From positions 965,410-1,029,409 of the forward strand of contig NW_008805086.1 in assembly GCF_000004825.1 (NCBI RefSeq): DNA of 64,000 bases, read 5' to 3'. Of this stretch, positions 23,361 through 35,790 are shown piece after piece. The DNA comes from Heterostelium pallidum (Eukaryota). The stretch's first letter is position 1. Each line of letters begins with the position of its first letter. A model generated the notes under the pieces. It saw only the letters and a list, made by a program, of their open reading frames with translations, was not told the origin of the DNA and did not search any database. Made by a program: the position numbers and the translations under genes.

Positions 23361-23380
23361 TAATAATAATAATAATAATC
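23296..23380. repeat. (CAA)n microsatellite of about 21 units followed by (TAA)n, in the 3' flank of the ARMC1-like gene
   Basis: A direct read of an uninterrupted caacaacaa.. run followed by taataataa. Confidence 0.95.
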
Positions 23381-23625
23381 ATAATAACAATAATGTATCA
23401 AAGTTTTTTGTTCTTTTGTTGAAAAGAATAAGATCTATTCAACTTCTTCATCTATCTTTCTTTCTTTCTTTCTTTATTTCTTAAATTAAACTATTCATTT
23501 ATCAATACATATTATATAATTTAATAAACTAAAAAATTAACTTTAAATTTAAAATAAATAACTAAATCTGTTTATTATTTTATACGCATTATACTACTAT
23601 ATATTTATTATATTAATTATATTAT

Positions 23626-24285
23626 CTATACAAAGAATGATCTATCGATTCTTTTTTGACCTGGTTCACCAAATGCTGCAACTAAATGAAGAATTAAACT
23701 ATAATAATAAAATAAGTATCAGTGTTAGTTAGAATGATGTTAAAAATACAAAACAAATTAGCTATTGGTGATCTCTGTTGTTGATTGATTTACATACCAA
23801 TATAAATAAATAAAGAATGAAACTATGTAGAATGCAGTTTTCAAAGAGAATCTTCTCTTGTACTGTGGTAACACTCTGTAGATCTCTGTTGCGAATACTT
23901 TGTGTTGACCGTTCACCATCCAATAGATATGTAATCCAAACAAAGGCATGTTCATGAGAACCAAATAGAGATTAAAGTGTAGCAGTAACACCACTGACAA
24001 TAAACAATGAATTACATTCTCCAATCTAATAATCGGGTTCAATCTTCTTGCCAGATCAATTGGATCTACTAAATCAGATTCTAAATCTGTAAGTGCAACT
24101 ACCTTTGAAATTTTGATAATATATATATATATATTTAAGAAGTTAATTTCAAAAAAATATAAAATTGGACATAGATCAATAAAAGATTAAGTTTAACCTG
24201 TACATACACTAAAAACAGCAAAAAATACAAGAATTGATGTAACAACCAATATGAATATCCAAAATAGTAGTCCCAAATCTAACAT
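23626..24285 (-). CDS. Cornichon / Erv14 family ER cargo receptor
   Basis: Three exons (24208-24285, 23798-24102, 23626-23698) with phases 0 and 2. The spliced product is MLDLGLLFWIFILVVTSILVFFAVFS|VVALTDLESDLVDPIDLARRLNPIIRLENVIH..NMPLFGLHIYW..AFYIVSFFIYLY. It parallels the cornichon pattern FDELKTDYKNPID..LNP..PE..H..N.PL..Y. Confidence 0.85.
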
Positions 24286-25035
24286 TTTAATTATTTGTTA
24301 ATTAATTAAACGTAGCAATAAAATTTTTTGTCACCACCCTCTTAAAACATTATTGAAGTTCAAAGTGTAAAAAAACAACCACATTTTTATTTAAAAATTA
24401 AAATAAAATAAAAAATAATTATTTTTACTAATCTCTATTCATTATCATGATTGTAGATTAACTAAACAACAATGTATCATAAAAATAATAATAATATTCA
24501 TAATTAATAAATAAATATAAAGATATATTTAAAAATGTTATTAAATACAATATAAAAATGTAAAGATAAACATAAAAATAAAAAAGTTCTAGAACTTTAG
24601 AATTAAAAATAATTAGCAGCAGTTAATTGATTCCTATCTCTTTTAAAGGTACTATCTTTCAATCTATTCTTAATAAAAAATAAATATGTTGTGAAATCAA
24701 ATTATTATTTAGTAAAGGAAATCGAATCAACACACTTTTTCTTGTGGAATGGGTAAAGTCGGTGGAAGTAAAAAAAAGAACACTTGAATAGATCTTAGAA
24801 TTGAAATTTTTTCGTGACAAATTAACGAAAAGATTTGAATGTGTTGTTCGACATTTTTTGTATTAACGAAATAATCTCAGTGTACATCGACGTTTTCAGA
24901 TCTTCACCAAAGTTTTTCTATAAATTGCAAGAACATGAATTCATTGATTTCATTTAAAAAAACAAAAAACAATTAATTAATTAAAAATTAAATTATACCT
25001 ATTTATTATTGAAAATAAATAAATAAATAAATAAA

Positions 25036-25915
25036 ATGACTTCAAAGATTGCATTGGTAACTGGATCGAATCAAGGTATTGGATTTTGGATTGCAAAGAA
25101 ATTGGCGTTGAACAGTATCAAAGTTATTGTTGCTGCTCGTGACTCGACCAGAGGAGAAGCTGCCGTAAAGGAACTCGAAGCTGAGACCAAACAGAGTTTG
25201 GACTTTGTTCAACTCGATATCTCTGACCATGAATCCGTAAAGAATGCCGCTCACGCCATCCAAACCAAATACGGTCAAATCGATATACTTGTAAATAACG
25301 CTGCAATTGCAATCAATCGTGATTTCAGTCATGAATTATTCAAGTAAGTTAAAGAGATAAAAAGAAAAAAGTAATCTAGATAAAACAAAAAATTAATTTA
25401 TTTCTTTTTTAAATTAAAATAATAGAACTACTTTTGCACCAAATTATTTCGGTACTTTGGATGTAATCGATAACTTCTTGCCATTGATAAAGAAGAATGG
25501 TGTCATTGTAAATGTATCGAGTCAAGCTGGTGCATTGAATATTCTGAGTAGCGAAGATCTGAAGAAGCAATTTAGCAAAGAAGATATTACAGAGCAGGAA
25601 TTGAAGCAATTGCTTTCTGAATACGACGCTGCCATTCTAGATGGTACCTACAAAGAGAAGGGTTGGCCAACTACAGCCTATGGAGCATCGAAATTATTCT
25701 TAACCGCTCATTCCAGAGCATTAGCACACCAAGATCGTTTAAAGAGCAATGGTATCACTATTTTCGCTTGCTGTCCAGGATGGTGTAAAACTAATATGGC
25801 TGGTTTCGAAAAACCACCACGTACCGCTGAACAAGGTAGTGAAAAGGCCGTCGAGCTTGCACTTGGCAAAGTTCCAAACGCAATCAGTGGTCATTTCTAT
25901 ACCTCAACCAATTAA
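25036..25915 (+). CDS. Short-chain dehydrogenase/reductase (carbonyl-reductase-like)
   Basis: Two exons, 25036-25343 and 25426-25915, with a phase-2 intron. Motifs are TGSNQGIG (cofactor binding), VNNAAIA and YGASK (catalytic Y-x-x-x-K). Confidence 0.9.
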
Positions 25916-26188
25916 ACTTATTTAAATAAAAAAAAAAACAAATCTAATACAACTATAATATTGTTCTGATCTAGATTTCCTTTCTTTTATATCTTTAATA
26001 TTAAAATTTTTAAACTAAACTATTTATTGAGTAATGACTATTAATATAATATCTTTTTTTTTGTCGATATTGAGTTCATCAAGAAATTTAGTGAAAAACA
26101 CTCATCAATCAATCAATCCTTCATTTATTTTTTTTGTGTTAGACACACTGTTGAAGCTACTTATAATATTAAAACCCTTTTCTAATAG

Positions 26189-27597
26189 GTAAAACTTAAA
26201 AAGAAAGTAACAACGCAACAACCAAAACAACAACAACAACCAATACAACAACAACCATCAATAAAATGTGTAGTATGTTCTAATGCACCAACAGAAGTTA
26301 ATACATTCGATGTATGTGTTAACTGTGAGAGTCATTATCACTCGAAAACATGTTGTAGAGTGCATGACCATCAAAGATTATGTATAAATTGTTTTGTAAA
26401 TGTATCTAAAGGTGTAAGTAAAATCTTTGTTTAATATTAAAATTAGAATAATTAGAACAACTTTAACTGATAAACTATCTATAAATACTCTAATTAATTA
26501 GTCAAATAGATCACTTAGCTATCAAATTAAACAAATTGCAAAAGGTGAGATAAAGTTAGATAAAGAAAGAGTAACTAGAGGAAAGGTTATACAGGGATTG
26601 TCAGATGATGAATCAGACCCAAAGAATGGATCGAAAGACCAAGACTATGTTCCTCCAAAGCTATCAAGTAGTCACTTTGATAGCTATCAAGATGCATCTG
26701 ATTTTACATTTGCAATGTCAAACGTAAGTAGTTAAATCTTAATAATTTCACACACTCTCTCTCTTTTTGACTAAAACATTTTATATATATCTGTACTTTT
26801 CTAGAAAATAACATTGACATTTCCAAATCAACAAATACCAGTTGGTTTGAATGGAAGTGCAGGTGTTGCGGCAGCAGCAGATCAATATGCCTATATGAAT
26901 GGTGGTGGTGGTGCAGTTGATGATGCATTCATCGATAAGATCTATAGGAATCTCGGCGAGGAGAACAGTATATTGTTTAAGCACGCGCGTTATCAAAACT
27001 TTGTTAGATACAGATCGTCTATGAGCGAGATATTCAATGTGGCTACGCGTCACAATGAGAATCTGCTCGAGCCTATTATCGGGTTCATCACTGATGCCTA
27101 TCCAGAGATGACAGTGGAGACTACACGAAATCTAATAACAAAGCAACATCAACACCGACAGGAACGACACAACAGTATGCTGTTCTACGAGAATCTGCCG
27201 GCGGTAGTACTCTACACAGGAACGACTACACCGGACATTGTCAATCTCTTCCAGAAGATCGGTCACGGTGTATCGTTTAAACTAAGAAAACAAGTGCATT
27301 CGACCAGTCACAATCTATCGCCTGACCTCTTAGTTCCACCCATAGCATCATTATCATACGAGCATTGTCTAACGTTAAATGCTGCCATTCGTGCATTGTG
27401 TCATCAACTTATATCTTATAAGTCTAACAACAATAATAACAATACTAATAATAGTAATGATAATCATAAAGATAGTAATAATAACACACAACAATATCAA
27501 GACTATCAAGATGATGATTCTCAAATGGATATCGATACTGCACCTGATTTCCAACCTACCAACACCACTACTACAACTGCTAATGGTGAGAACAACG

Positions 27598-27649
<52 letters not shown>

Positions 27650-30456
27650 CAGTAGTAATAATAATAGTTCGACGACGACAACAACAACAACAACAAAAAC
27701 TAATTTAAACAGTAGAATACCACCGAATAAAGGTAATACAGGTGGAGGTATACCAAACTTTATTGAGTTGGAGCAATGGTATCTGGAAAACTATCATCTT
27801 CCATTGATACAAAATAGAATCAATGAATTCATAAGAAACAATCCAATCGATGAAAATGACCAAGATAACACTGACTATTATCAAAAGTTAAATACTCTAT
27901 CAATGCCAAGAGTATCACCGATTATCATCATCGAGAATTTTGAATCTTGGGACAGTCAAATCATACAAGATCTTTTATATTTATTAAGGTAACTATATAT
28001 CAAGTTATTAATATTATCATTTTAATTGCAGTAATACTTATTATAATATATCCATATATCTAAATAGTACATATAGACAAAGTATACCATTTGTAGTTAT
28101 TTTCTCAATCTCAACAACAGAAGATACTATATATAATACATTATCCTATGAAACAATATCGATGTTAAATATTAAATCATTCTCACTATCTCCTCAGACT
28201 CAGCTGTTTGAGAGATTCGTTTACGATATCTTTGTAAAGGATCAGCTGATATCATTTGGCCCACAAGTCTACAAGTTCATCTATGAAAGCTTTAAGAGCA
28301 ATCATCTCTCTGTTATCTACACAACAAGACAGCTGCTCTATTCAATTCACGAACATTTCTACTATAATACCTTTAGTTTCCTTTGTTACGACGATGTAAT
28401 CAACCTGAAAAAGCAAAAGACTACCAATGCTCAGATTGGATTCAAAGCATCCGCTAGAAGTGGTACCTATCGTTACAAGTATGGTGATGATGAAGATGAT
28501 GAAGCTGAATCATATCACTTTGATTACAACACCAAGAAAAACAACAATAATAATAATAATAATAATAATAATAAGAGTAGTAATAGTAGTAACCAAAGAC
28601 GTAGTAAAAATAGAGATGAAAGTGAAGAGGATGAGTTGGATGAGCAAAAGCAAATCGATGATGACAACAACGATAACAACACCGAGAAGGAAGAAGAAGA
28701 AGAAAAAGTGGAAGTAGAAGATGAAGAGGAGGATGAAGACGATGCAGATAATAATGATATCGTATTTAGGTTGACCAATTGTCGTTCAGAGTATACCGGC
28801 TCTGATAGTACTGACAACCAGACATCTTATACCGACGATAACTCTGACTCTGACACTCTAGAATACCAAAGACTGATGACTTACAACAGTAACTATTACA
28901 ATCAAAACAATCAGCAATATCGTAGCATTGTTCCACTGTCTCAGCTGAGTAACACCACTCAACAACAACAGCAGCAGCAACTCTACCGTCAATCTGCACT
29001 TCCACTGAAGGATCTCAGTAAGGATCACATCACTCGAATTCTGCAGACAAAGTCGGTGGTCGATGACATGAAGACATGGGATCCTGCACTTAAAAAGAAG
29101 TGTTTGAACCGACCGAATAGCATCCGCTATGTCATTCCAGTGTGGATCGAGAATCTCTTTGCAATTCGATATATTAAACAACATTGTATCGAGTGTTACT
29201 ATATCATACTGCAACTGATGTATCCAAATATTCTCTACAGTGATATACTCTATCATTTCGCAAACAAAGATTACAATACTCTTACACAACTAAAAAGATT
29301 CTTAAAGTTTGTATAATAAGAGATTAACTGAAAAAACTAATTAATTGGTTAATTCTAACATTTATAAATATTGTAGTAAAGAGAAACCAGATAATTTAAT
29401 TATGATTGTTTCAAAGTGGATTGGTATATTGACAAAGTTAATCGATCACACATACTATCCAGAGAGATATCAGATGTTTGCAACTACTATACTTGGTAAA
29501 GAACCAAACTTTAATAACTTTGTTAGAACTCAACGTGCAGTCTCTAAATACATCGAAGATTGTAAATTGGTTATACAATATCTAAAGGAATCGATGAATG
29601 AAGCAATGAGTAGCAAAACAGCAACCACTAAAGAAGATCATAACGACACCACCGATCAATCTAAAACATCTACAAATCAAAAGAAGAGAGTGTAAGTTTA
29701 ACTATCTATCTATTTAAAAAGGATTAATGATCAATCATTCTAACATATTATTATTATTATTATTATTATTATTTTTAAAAAGTGATAGATCAAAACGTTC
29801 TAACCAAAAAAAGAAAGAAGCAACTCACCATGAAATGGCATTAATGAAATTGAATGAATTATTGAATATTTTCATTTAGTAAGTTGTTATTTATTAATAT
29901 AGTTGCAACCTTTTTGAAACAGATAACTAATTAATTGATTTTATTTATTTTTAAAGCGATTATATTGATAGAGATTTAAGTTCGTTGCCGATGAGTGAGA
30001 TATATCATAGTGATCGTATTGATAAGCTGAGCAAAGTATTCAATGTAAATCATACACAAGACATCAAAAAGCAGATAATGAACTCCTCAGAGATATTAGG
30101 TTGCACCAAACCAAGATGTTGTGGAAACAATGATCCAAAGAAAGCTGGTACCACACCTAAAAATACACCAAAGACAGAGGATATCACGATTATGTATTCA
30201 CTCTACACAGAGTTTGGTAGATTTATCAATCTTTATGATTGGCTAACTTCGTTCTGTATGGTTTTCAACAACACCGGTGAACATACTCCAGAACTACAGT
30301 ATTTATCAAAACAATAATTATAATTGTAACTATACTAACTTGATTAATACCATGTATAGAGCTAGATTTTCATCGTCATTAGATATTTTACAATATCTTG
30401 GACTTATACAACGAACAAATAAGAGAACTGACCATGTTATTAAAATCCACTATTGA
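26189..30456 (+). CDS. orc3: Origin recognition complex subunit 3 (ORC3); 8 modelled exons with an unresolved 5' end
   Basis: Exons: 26189-26413, 26502-26723, 26805-27988, 28068-29306, 29377-29691, 29783-29878, 29957-30298, 30360-30456. All are phase-consistent; the 29306/29377 junction uses a weaker GTTTGT donor. ORC3-like blocks are LPAVVLYTG, PIIIIENFESWDSQIIQDLLYLL, IPFVVIFSISTTEDTIYNTL, and the C-terminal ELQ|ARFSSSLDILQYLGLIQRTNKRTDHVIKIHY. The first modelled exon has no ATG. A tentative 19-codon exon at 26034-26090 (ATG..TTA|GTGAAA) would supply one. Confidence 0.85.
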
Positions 30457-30462
30457 ACATAT

Positions 30463-30669
30463 ATAGGATTTGACTTTATCAACATTAACATAATCAAAAC
30501 AGTACACAATGACTCATCAGATATAACAGGAGTTTAACTATACTTTTAGTATAAAATAACTCTTAATGATGACACATTTGTTAATATCATCCCAATGATT
30601 AAACATGGTCTGGAAAGGTAGTTAACTTGAAGGACTTGTCTGATTAAATATCTCATCATAAAATAAATA
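30463..30669. repeat. Left arm of a 207-bp inverted repeat, starting 7 nt after the ORC3 stop codon
   Basis: The reverse complement of 31885-32091 matches this arm with only 3 mismatches by my eye alignment. Confidence 0.95.
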
Positions 30670-31288
30670 CATGTTCTATTTTTATTTATGTTAAACACTC
30701 CATTGAGGTAAATCTTATTTATTAAAAAAATAATTCAATTAGATTCATTGATTCTGTTAACATATCCACAAATCTAGTAATTAAAACATAAAAAAAAAAT
30801 TATCTAAACATGTGTTTTAAAATATAAAAACAACGTAAAAATAAAGATATTAATCACAACTAATATATTTTCAAAAACTTAGTAATAATAACAAATAAAA
30901 TAAGATGTATTAAATAAAACAACCACATAATATAATATTTATTTGTAAAAATTCAATCATTTTTTTGTACAGAAATCATATAAAGATTATTAATAATAAA
31001 TATAACCTTGAATATGATTATAATTTATGTAGTCTAATATATATTTTTAAAACAATGGTAATAATAATAGACTGTAAAAGCAGTCTCATTAGTTTACGTA
31101 TTATTGTACAACCTCTTAAAGAATGAGTCATGCCTATTACCTTTCTATTCTCAGTTTGTAAATATTAGTTCAACTGTTGTTTATATGTGTAGAATCTAAC
31201 TTTATAGAATGTATTTAAACAAGTTATTCTCATTACTTTTAAATCATTCAAAAAATAACTTTATTTAAACAATAGTTTTCTAAACAAA

Positions 31289-31753
31289 ATGAAGATTGCA
31301 TTATTTTCTCTATTATTGGTTGCTTTGACATGTTTGTCAGCAGTAAACTCAACATTTGTTGTTGGTACATGTGATTCAAGCAAGTGTGGTGCCGGTCAAG
31401 TTTGTATCTGTGAAGGTGGTGTCAGTCACTGTGTCTTGTTGGATCAATGCCATGATGTTGCCATCGTCCAAACCATTGAACACAGTTGGGTTGAGAATGG
31501 TCAATCATTCACTTTATACCGTGTCCACGTCTTCAACTATGGTCCAAGAACCTTGAAGAACATTGCCATCCAAACTGATTGCACTTTGGACCCACGTGAT
31601 CAAAACTCTGTCTGGAACATCGAATATCACAATGGATTCTTCTCACTTCCATCATATGGTCAAGGTATTGCCACTGGTAAAGAGTTTGTCTTTGGATACA
31701 TTGATCGTGGTATGCGTTCTCCAAATCTCTTTATCCGTGCTCTCCAATATTAA
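31289..31753 (+). CDS. Small secreted Cys-rich protein with a CBM49-like carbohydrate-binding domain
   Basis: The 154-aa intronless ORF has a signal peptide (MKIALFSLLLVALTCLSAVNS) and a Cys-rich stretch. This is followed by SWVENGQSFTLYRVHVFNYGPRTLKNIAIQTD..VWNIE..GFFSLPSY..IATGKEFVFGYI, which resembles the dictyostelid CBM49 pattern. Confidence 0.7.
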   Translation: MKIALFSLLLVALTCLSAVNSTFVVGTCDSSKCGAGQVCICEGGVSHCVLLDQCHDVAIVQTIEHSWVENGQSFTLYRVHVFNYGPRTLKNIAIQTDCTLDPRDQNSVWNIEYHNGFFSLPSYGQGIATGKEFVFGYIDRGMRSPNLFIRALQY

Positions 31754-31799
31754 ATTTAAATAAATCAATATTTATTTTTTTTCCTTGAATTAAATTGTA

Positions 31800-31864
31800 A
31801 ATTTAATTATGATTGTTTCAAAGTGGATTGGTATATTGACAAAGTTAATCGATCACATACTATC
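31800..31864 (+). repeat. Ectopic direct copy of an internal ORC3 exon fragment (source 29393-29459)
   Basis: The string aatttaattatgattgtttcaaagtggattggtatattgacaaagttaatcgatcaca..catactatc is present at both sites. The only difference is a 2-bp indel (cacaca versus caca). Confidence 0.9.
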
Positions 31865-31884
31865 AATTTGTTTTTTTTATCTTT

Positions 31885-32091
31885 TATTTATTTTATGATG
31901 AGATATTTAATCAGACAAGTCCTTCAAGTTAACTACCTTTCCAGACCATGTTTAATCATTGGGATGATATTAACAAATGTGTCATCATTAAGAGTTATTT
32001 TATACTAAAAGTATAGTTAAACTCCTGTTATATCTGATGAGTCATTGTGCACTGTTTTGATTATGTTATTGTTGATAAAGTCAAATCTTAT
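31885..32091. repeat. Right arm of the 207-bp inverted repeat (partner 30463-30669)
   Basis: See the left arm. The arms enclose a 1,215-bp spacer that carries the CBM49-like gene and the ORC3 exon fragment. Confidence 0.95.
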
Positions 32092-32378
32092 GGGAATAGA
32101 TTGGACGAATACTGAAAAAAAAACTTTTTTTGTAGCGAAAAAAAAATAACGGAAAAAAACGAACGAAACAGAAGTTCGTCTATCCTGTTATAAATAAAAT
32201 TAGAAAATAACTTAAATAATAATAAAAGAATCTAATAATAAATTTAATTGTCTGATTTCATAGTTAATCATTGTGGTTGATTCATTTACATTTTTTCTAA
32301 GCAGTATCTTTCCATTAGTTTTTTTTTAATATTTTTTGATTTGATTTAACTTATAATCAGCAAAGTTAAATATTTAAA

Positions 32379-33682
32379 ATGGAATCAAATAATAATAACA
32401 ACAATAGTAGAGATATTTTATTTAAAGAAAGAAAAGATAAATGTCAATTTGCTAGATGGTATAGCACATTTAGACGATTGACATTTGAGAGTGTTATCAT
32501 TGAATTGCCAAAGATCGTAGTGGATTACTTGAATTCCGATCACTTCTCAACAGAGACAACATCGTTCCCAAAGTACAAGTTGGACGATTATGAAGATGAC
32601 ATTGGTGACGATGATGAACAATGGTCCACTCCTGTAGGAAAGAGTAAAGAATCATCAATGTTTAATAAGAAATATTATCAATCTTATGATTCAGATGATG
32701 ATACTGATGATTCAGATGATGATAAAGTAGAAGATAATAATAACAATAATAGAACCAATGAAGTAAAGATAGATCCACAACAACTAAAGAGTTTTACAGA
32801 CAAAATAGATGAAGCAATCAAGAAACTAGGTGGTGAATGTGTTCCAAAGTTGAATTGGTCATCACCGAAAGACGCTACTTTCATGAACATCCACGCCAGT
32901 CTAAGATGTTCTAGCAGTTCAGATATACTATTACTCCTAAAGAGTTCTGATTTTATTAATCATGATCTCGCTCAATTGTAAGTAGGGTAGAACCATCCAC
33001 AACAACTGACAGCATTATGGAAATTACAAACTAACAATCACAACATTTTAGTGATAATGATATTAAAGATTTACAACCAGATGATATTACACCACTAACA
33101 TTGGTACTGAGAAGATGGGCAAACGTAAATATTGCATTGGAATTTAGATGTTTCATTAAAGACAATCAATTGATTGCAATTAGTCAACGTGATACCTCTG
33201 CATTCTTTGATTTCCTGCCAGCAAAGAAAGAATTAATACAATCAAAGATCAAATCATTCGCAGAACAACATATTATTAACAAATTCAATGATGTTTCATG
33301 TAAGTTGATCAAATAACAATCAATTAGATAGCAATTTAATTAACTTTATTATTATTATTACGTTTGTTTAGATTGTTTCGATGTATGTTTCTTGGATACC
33401 AATTTAAATACGGTTACATTGATGGATTTCAATCCGATTCATCCTTCGACAGACAGTTTACTTTTTGATTGGTACGAGTTGTTCCCAGAGGAATTGGAAC
33501 ATCAAGAGATTGATGAATCTGTGAAACCATTGGAACATTTCGAATTTAGAATAGTGGAGAGCAACGAAGGTATAAGACCTAATCTATCAATGTCAAGTCG
33601 ATTACCAAGTGATCTTGTCAACATGCAATCAACTTCTGAAATCAATGAAATGTTATCGAAATTTAAAGATCACAAAATATAA
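32379..33682 (+). CDS. cdc123: Cell division cycle protein 123 (CDC123/D123 family)
   Basis: Three exons (32379-32977, 33052-33299, 33372-33682) with phases 2 and 1. Motifs are CQFARWY, PKLNWSSPKDATFM, LVLRRWANVNIALEFRCFIKDNQLIAISQRD and CFDVCFLD..VTLMDFNP..TDSLLFDW. Confidence 0.9.
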
Positions 33683-33785
33683 TAATAATAACAATAATAA
33701 ATAATATTAAAGAAATAAAAACAAACAAAACAAAACAAAAATGACTATTGATACATGTCGTTATATATTTTATTTAATATTATTT

Positions 33786-34969
33786 TTATATCTGATCTTC
33801 AGGTGATAACTCTAAGAATGTAGCATAACTTGTTTGTGTTCCGTATCTAGTTACACAGATCGCTGCAACATTGCATGCTCGTTCTATAGACTCTGCCAGT
33901 GGTAACATGCTGGTGGTTAGGTAGTGTGCCAATGCACCGATAAAAGAATCACCAGCACCGGTCGTGTCAACTACAGGTTTACCCATGGTGGCATTATCAC
34001 GATGTTTAATATGCTGATATTTATCTATAGATAGTCTGTTCACCAAAACACATCCTTTTGCACCGAGAGTAACAATTACATCGCTAACCATTATATGTAA
34101 TCTGAGCAACTCACGAGCTCCATGATGTACTGACTCTAGATTCTCGACATCCACTTGATGATCATTCGACAACTTGATCAGTTCAACTTCATTAACAATT
34201 AAAATATCTACGCAACCCAACATATTCATCAACATCTCTGTGTCATTTGTAACTGGTGATACATTTAATATTGTTTTACACTATTATAGATATTAATTTT
34301 TTTAAAGAGAAATGAAATATGAAGGATTTTAGTTTGTTTTTTTTCTTTTAGATATAATATTCTACTGATATAACAATAACATTGTACAATTCAACTAGTT
34401 ACCTTTGATTCTTTTGCAATTGATAATGCTTTCAATGTTGTCTTTAGATTTACTTCAAGTTGACAGAGAAGATAGGATGCATTTTGTATGGTTTTAGTTG
34501 CTTCTATTACATCTTGCTCTCCTAGTAGATCGTTTGATCCACCGACTATAATGATGTTGTTTGATCCCTCTTTGTCGACGGTGATAGATGCACAACCTGA
34601 AGGAACACCAGGTACAATATTTACATGTTCAACAGAGACACCTCTAATCTTAAAGTTATTCAATGTATTATTACCAAATACATCGTCACCCAGCTTTGTA
34701 ATTATATACTATAGTAGTAGTGGTAGTGGTATAATATGTAATACTATATTAATATTCAAATGAATCAATAGCTAAACAACTCTACTACCTACAGATTTTG
34801 TGTTTAATAGAGATGCTTGAACTGCTTGGTTGGCAGCTTTGCCACCAAACGACACTTTGAAATCAGTTCCCTTTATAGTTTCACCAATAACAGGGATTCT
34901 GTCACAATAAGTAAACATATCCCAATTGGATGCACCAATTACACAAATATATCTCTCTTGTCGTTCCAT
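33786..34969 (-). CDS. rbsk: Ribokinase (PfkB family)
   Basis: Three exons (34793-34969, 34403-34708, 33786-34280), all phase 0. Motifs are VIGASNWDM, FGGKAANQAV and DTTGAGDSFIGALAHYL. I took the start at MERQERY (34969) rather than the upstream poly-I Met of the ORF track. Confidence 0.9.
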
Positions 34970-35790
34970 TTTCTTTATTATTATCAAAATATATCTAAAC
35001 AAAAAGTTTTAACTCATTTTTTTGTTATTTTTTTTTCATTGCAACATTTTTTGTTAAAAAAAAATTACAATGATAATGGATAGTGGTGCAACATGTTCAA
35101 CAGCAATCAATAGTTGAATAAGAATATTTAGAGTGTCATCAATTGTTTAATAATGTATTACATTGTTCTAGTTTATTTTGATATTTGATGATGTAATACC
35201 GCGTTTTAGATATTTTTAGTCAACCTGGGTTGTTCCCAAAATCAAAAAAGAATTGTTCAAAAATACGACATGCAACAGAAAAAAAATCTTAAACCTCTAT
35301 CGAAAAGTTTGTCTCCCTTTTTTAATTTCGTTTTTAAAAAAAAAAACGGATCTTTGTTAATTTTATACCTTTTTTTTTTAATTACTTTTGTTTCAACATT
35401 TCAAATCTTATTATCAAAAATATTATATAATGATATATTAATATTTCAAATCGATATTAAATAACAATCTTAAATATTAGTTTGTTTTACTTTTTTTTTT
35501 TTTAAAATCAAAAATAAATAATATCTTTTTTTCTTCTTTTGTTGTTTTTTCCCATTGTATAGACACCATTTCACACCACACATCTCACCTTATTTATACT
35601 ATTTCTTAAGAACGACAAAGTACATACACATCACATACTCTTTTTATAATTTAGAGTAAATATAAAAATATAGTGTATTATTTAGTTATAGATACAGATA
35701 TATATATATATAAATAGTCTCTTTTTTTTTTTTTTTGTTTTTGTTTTTTTTATTTATAGTGTTTATATATTATTTTTTTTGTTTTGATCA

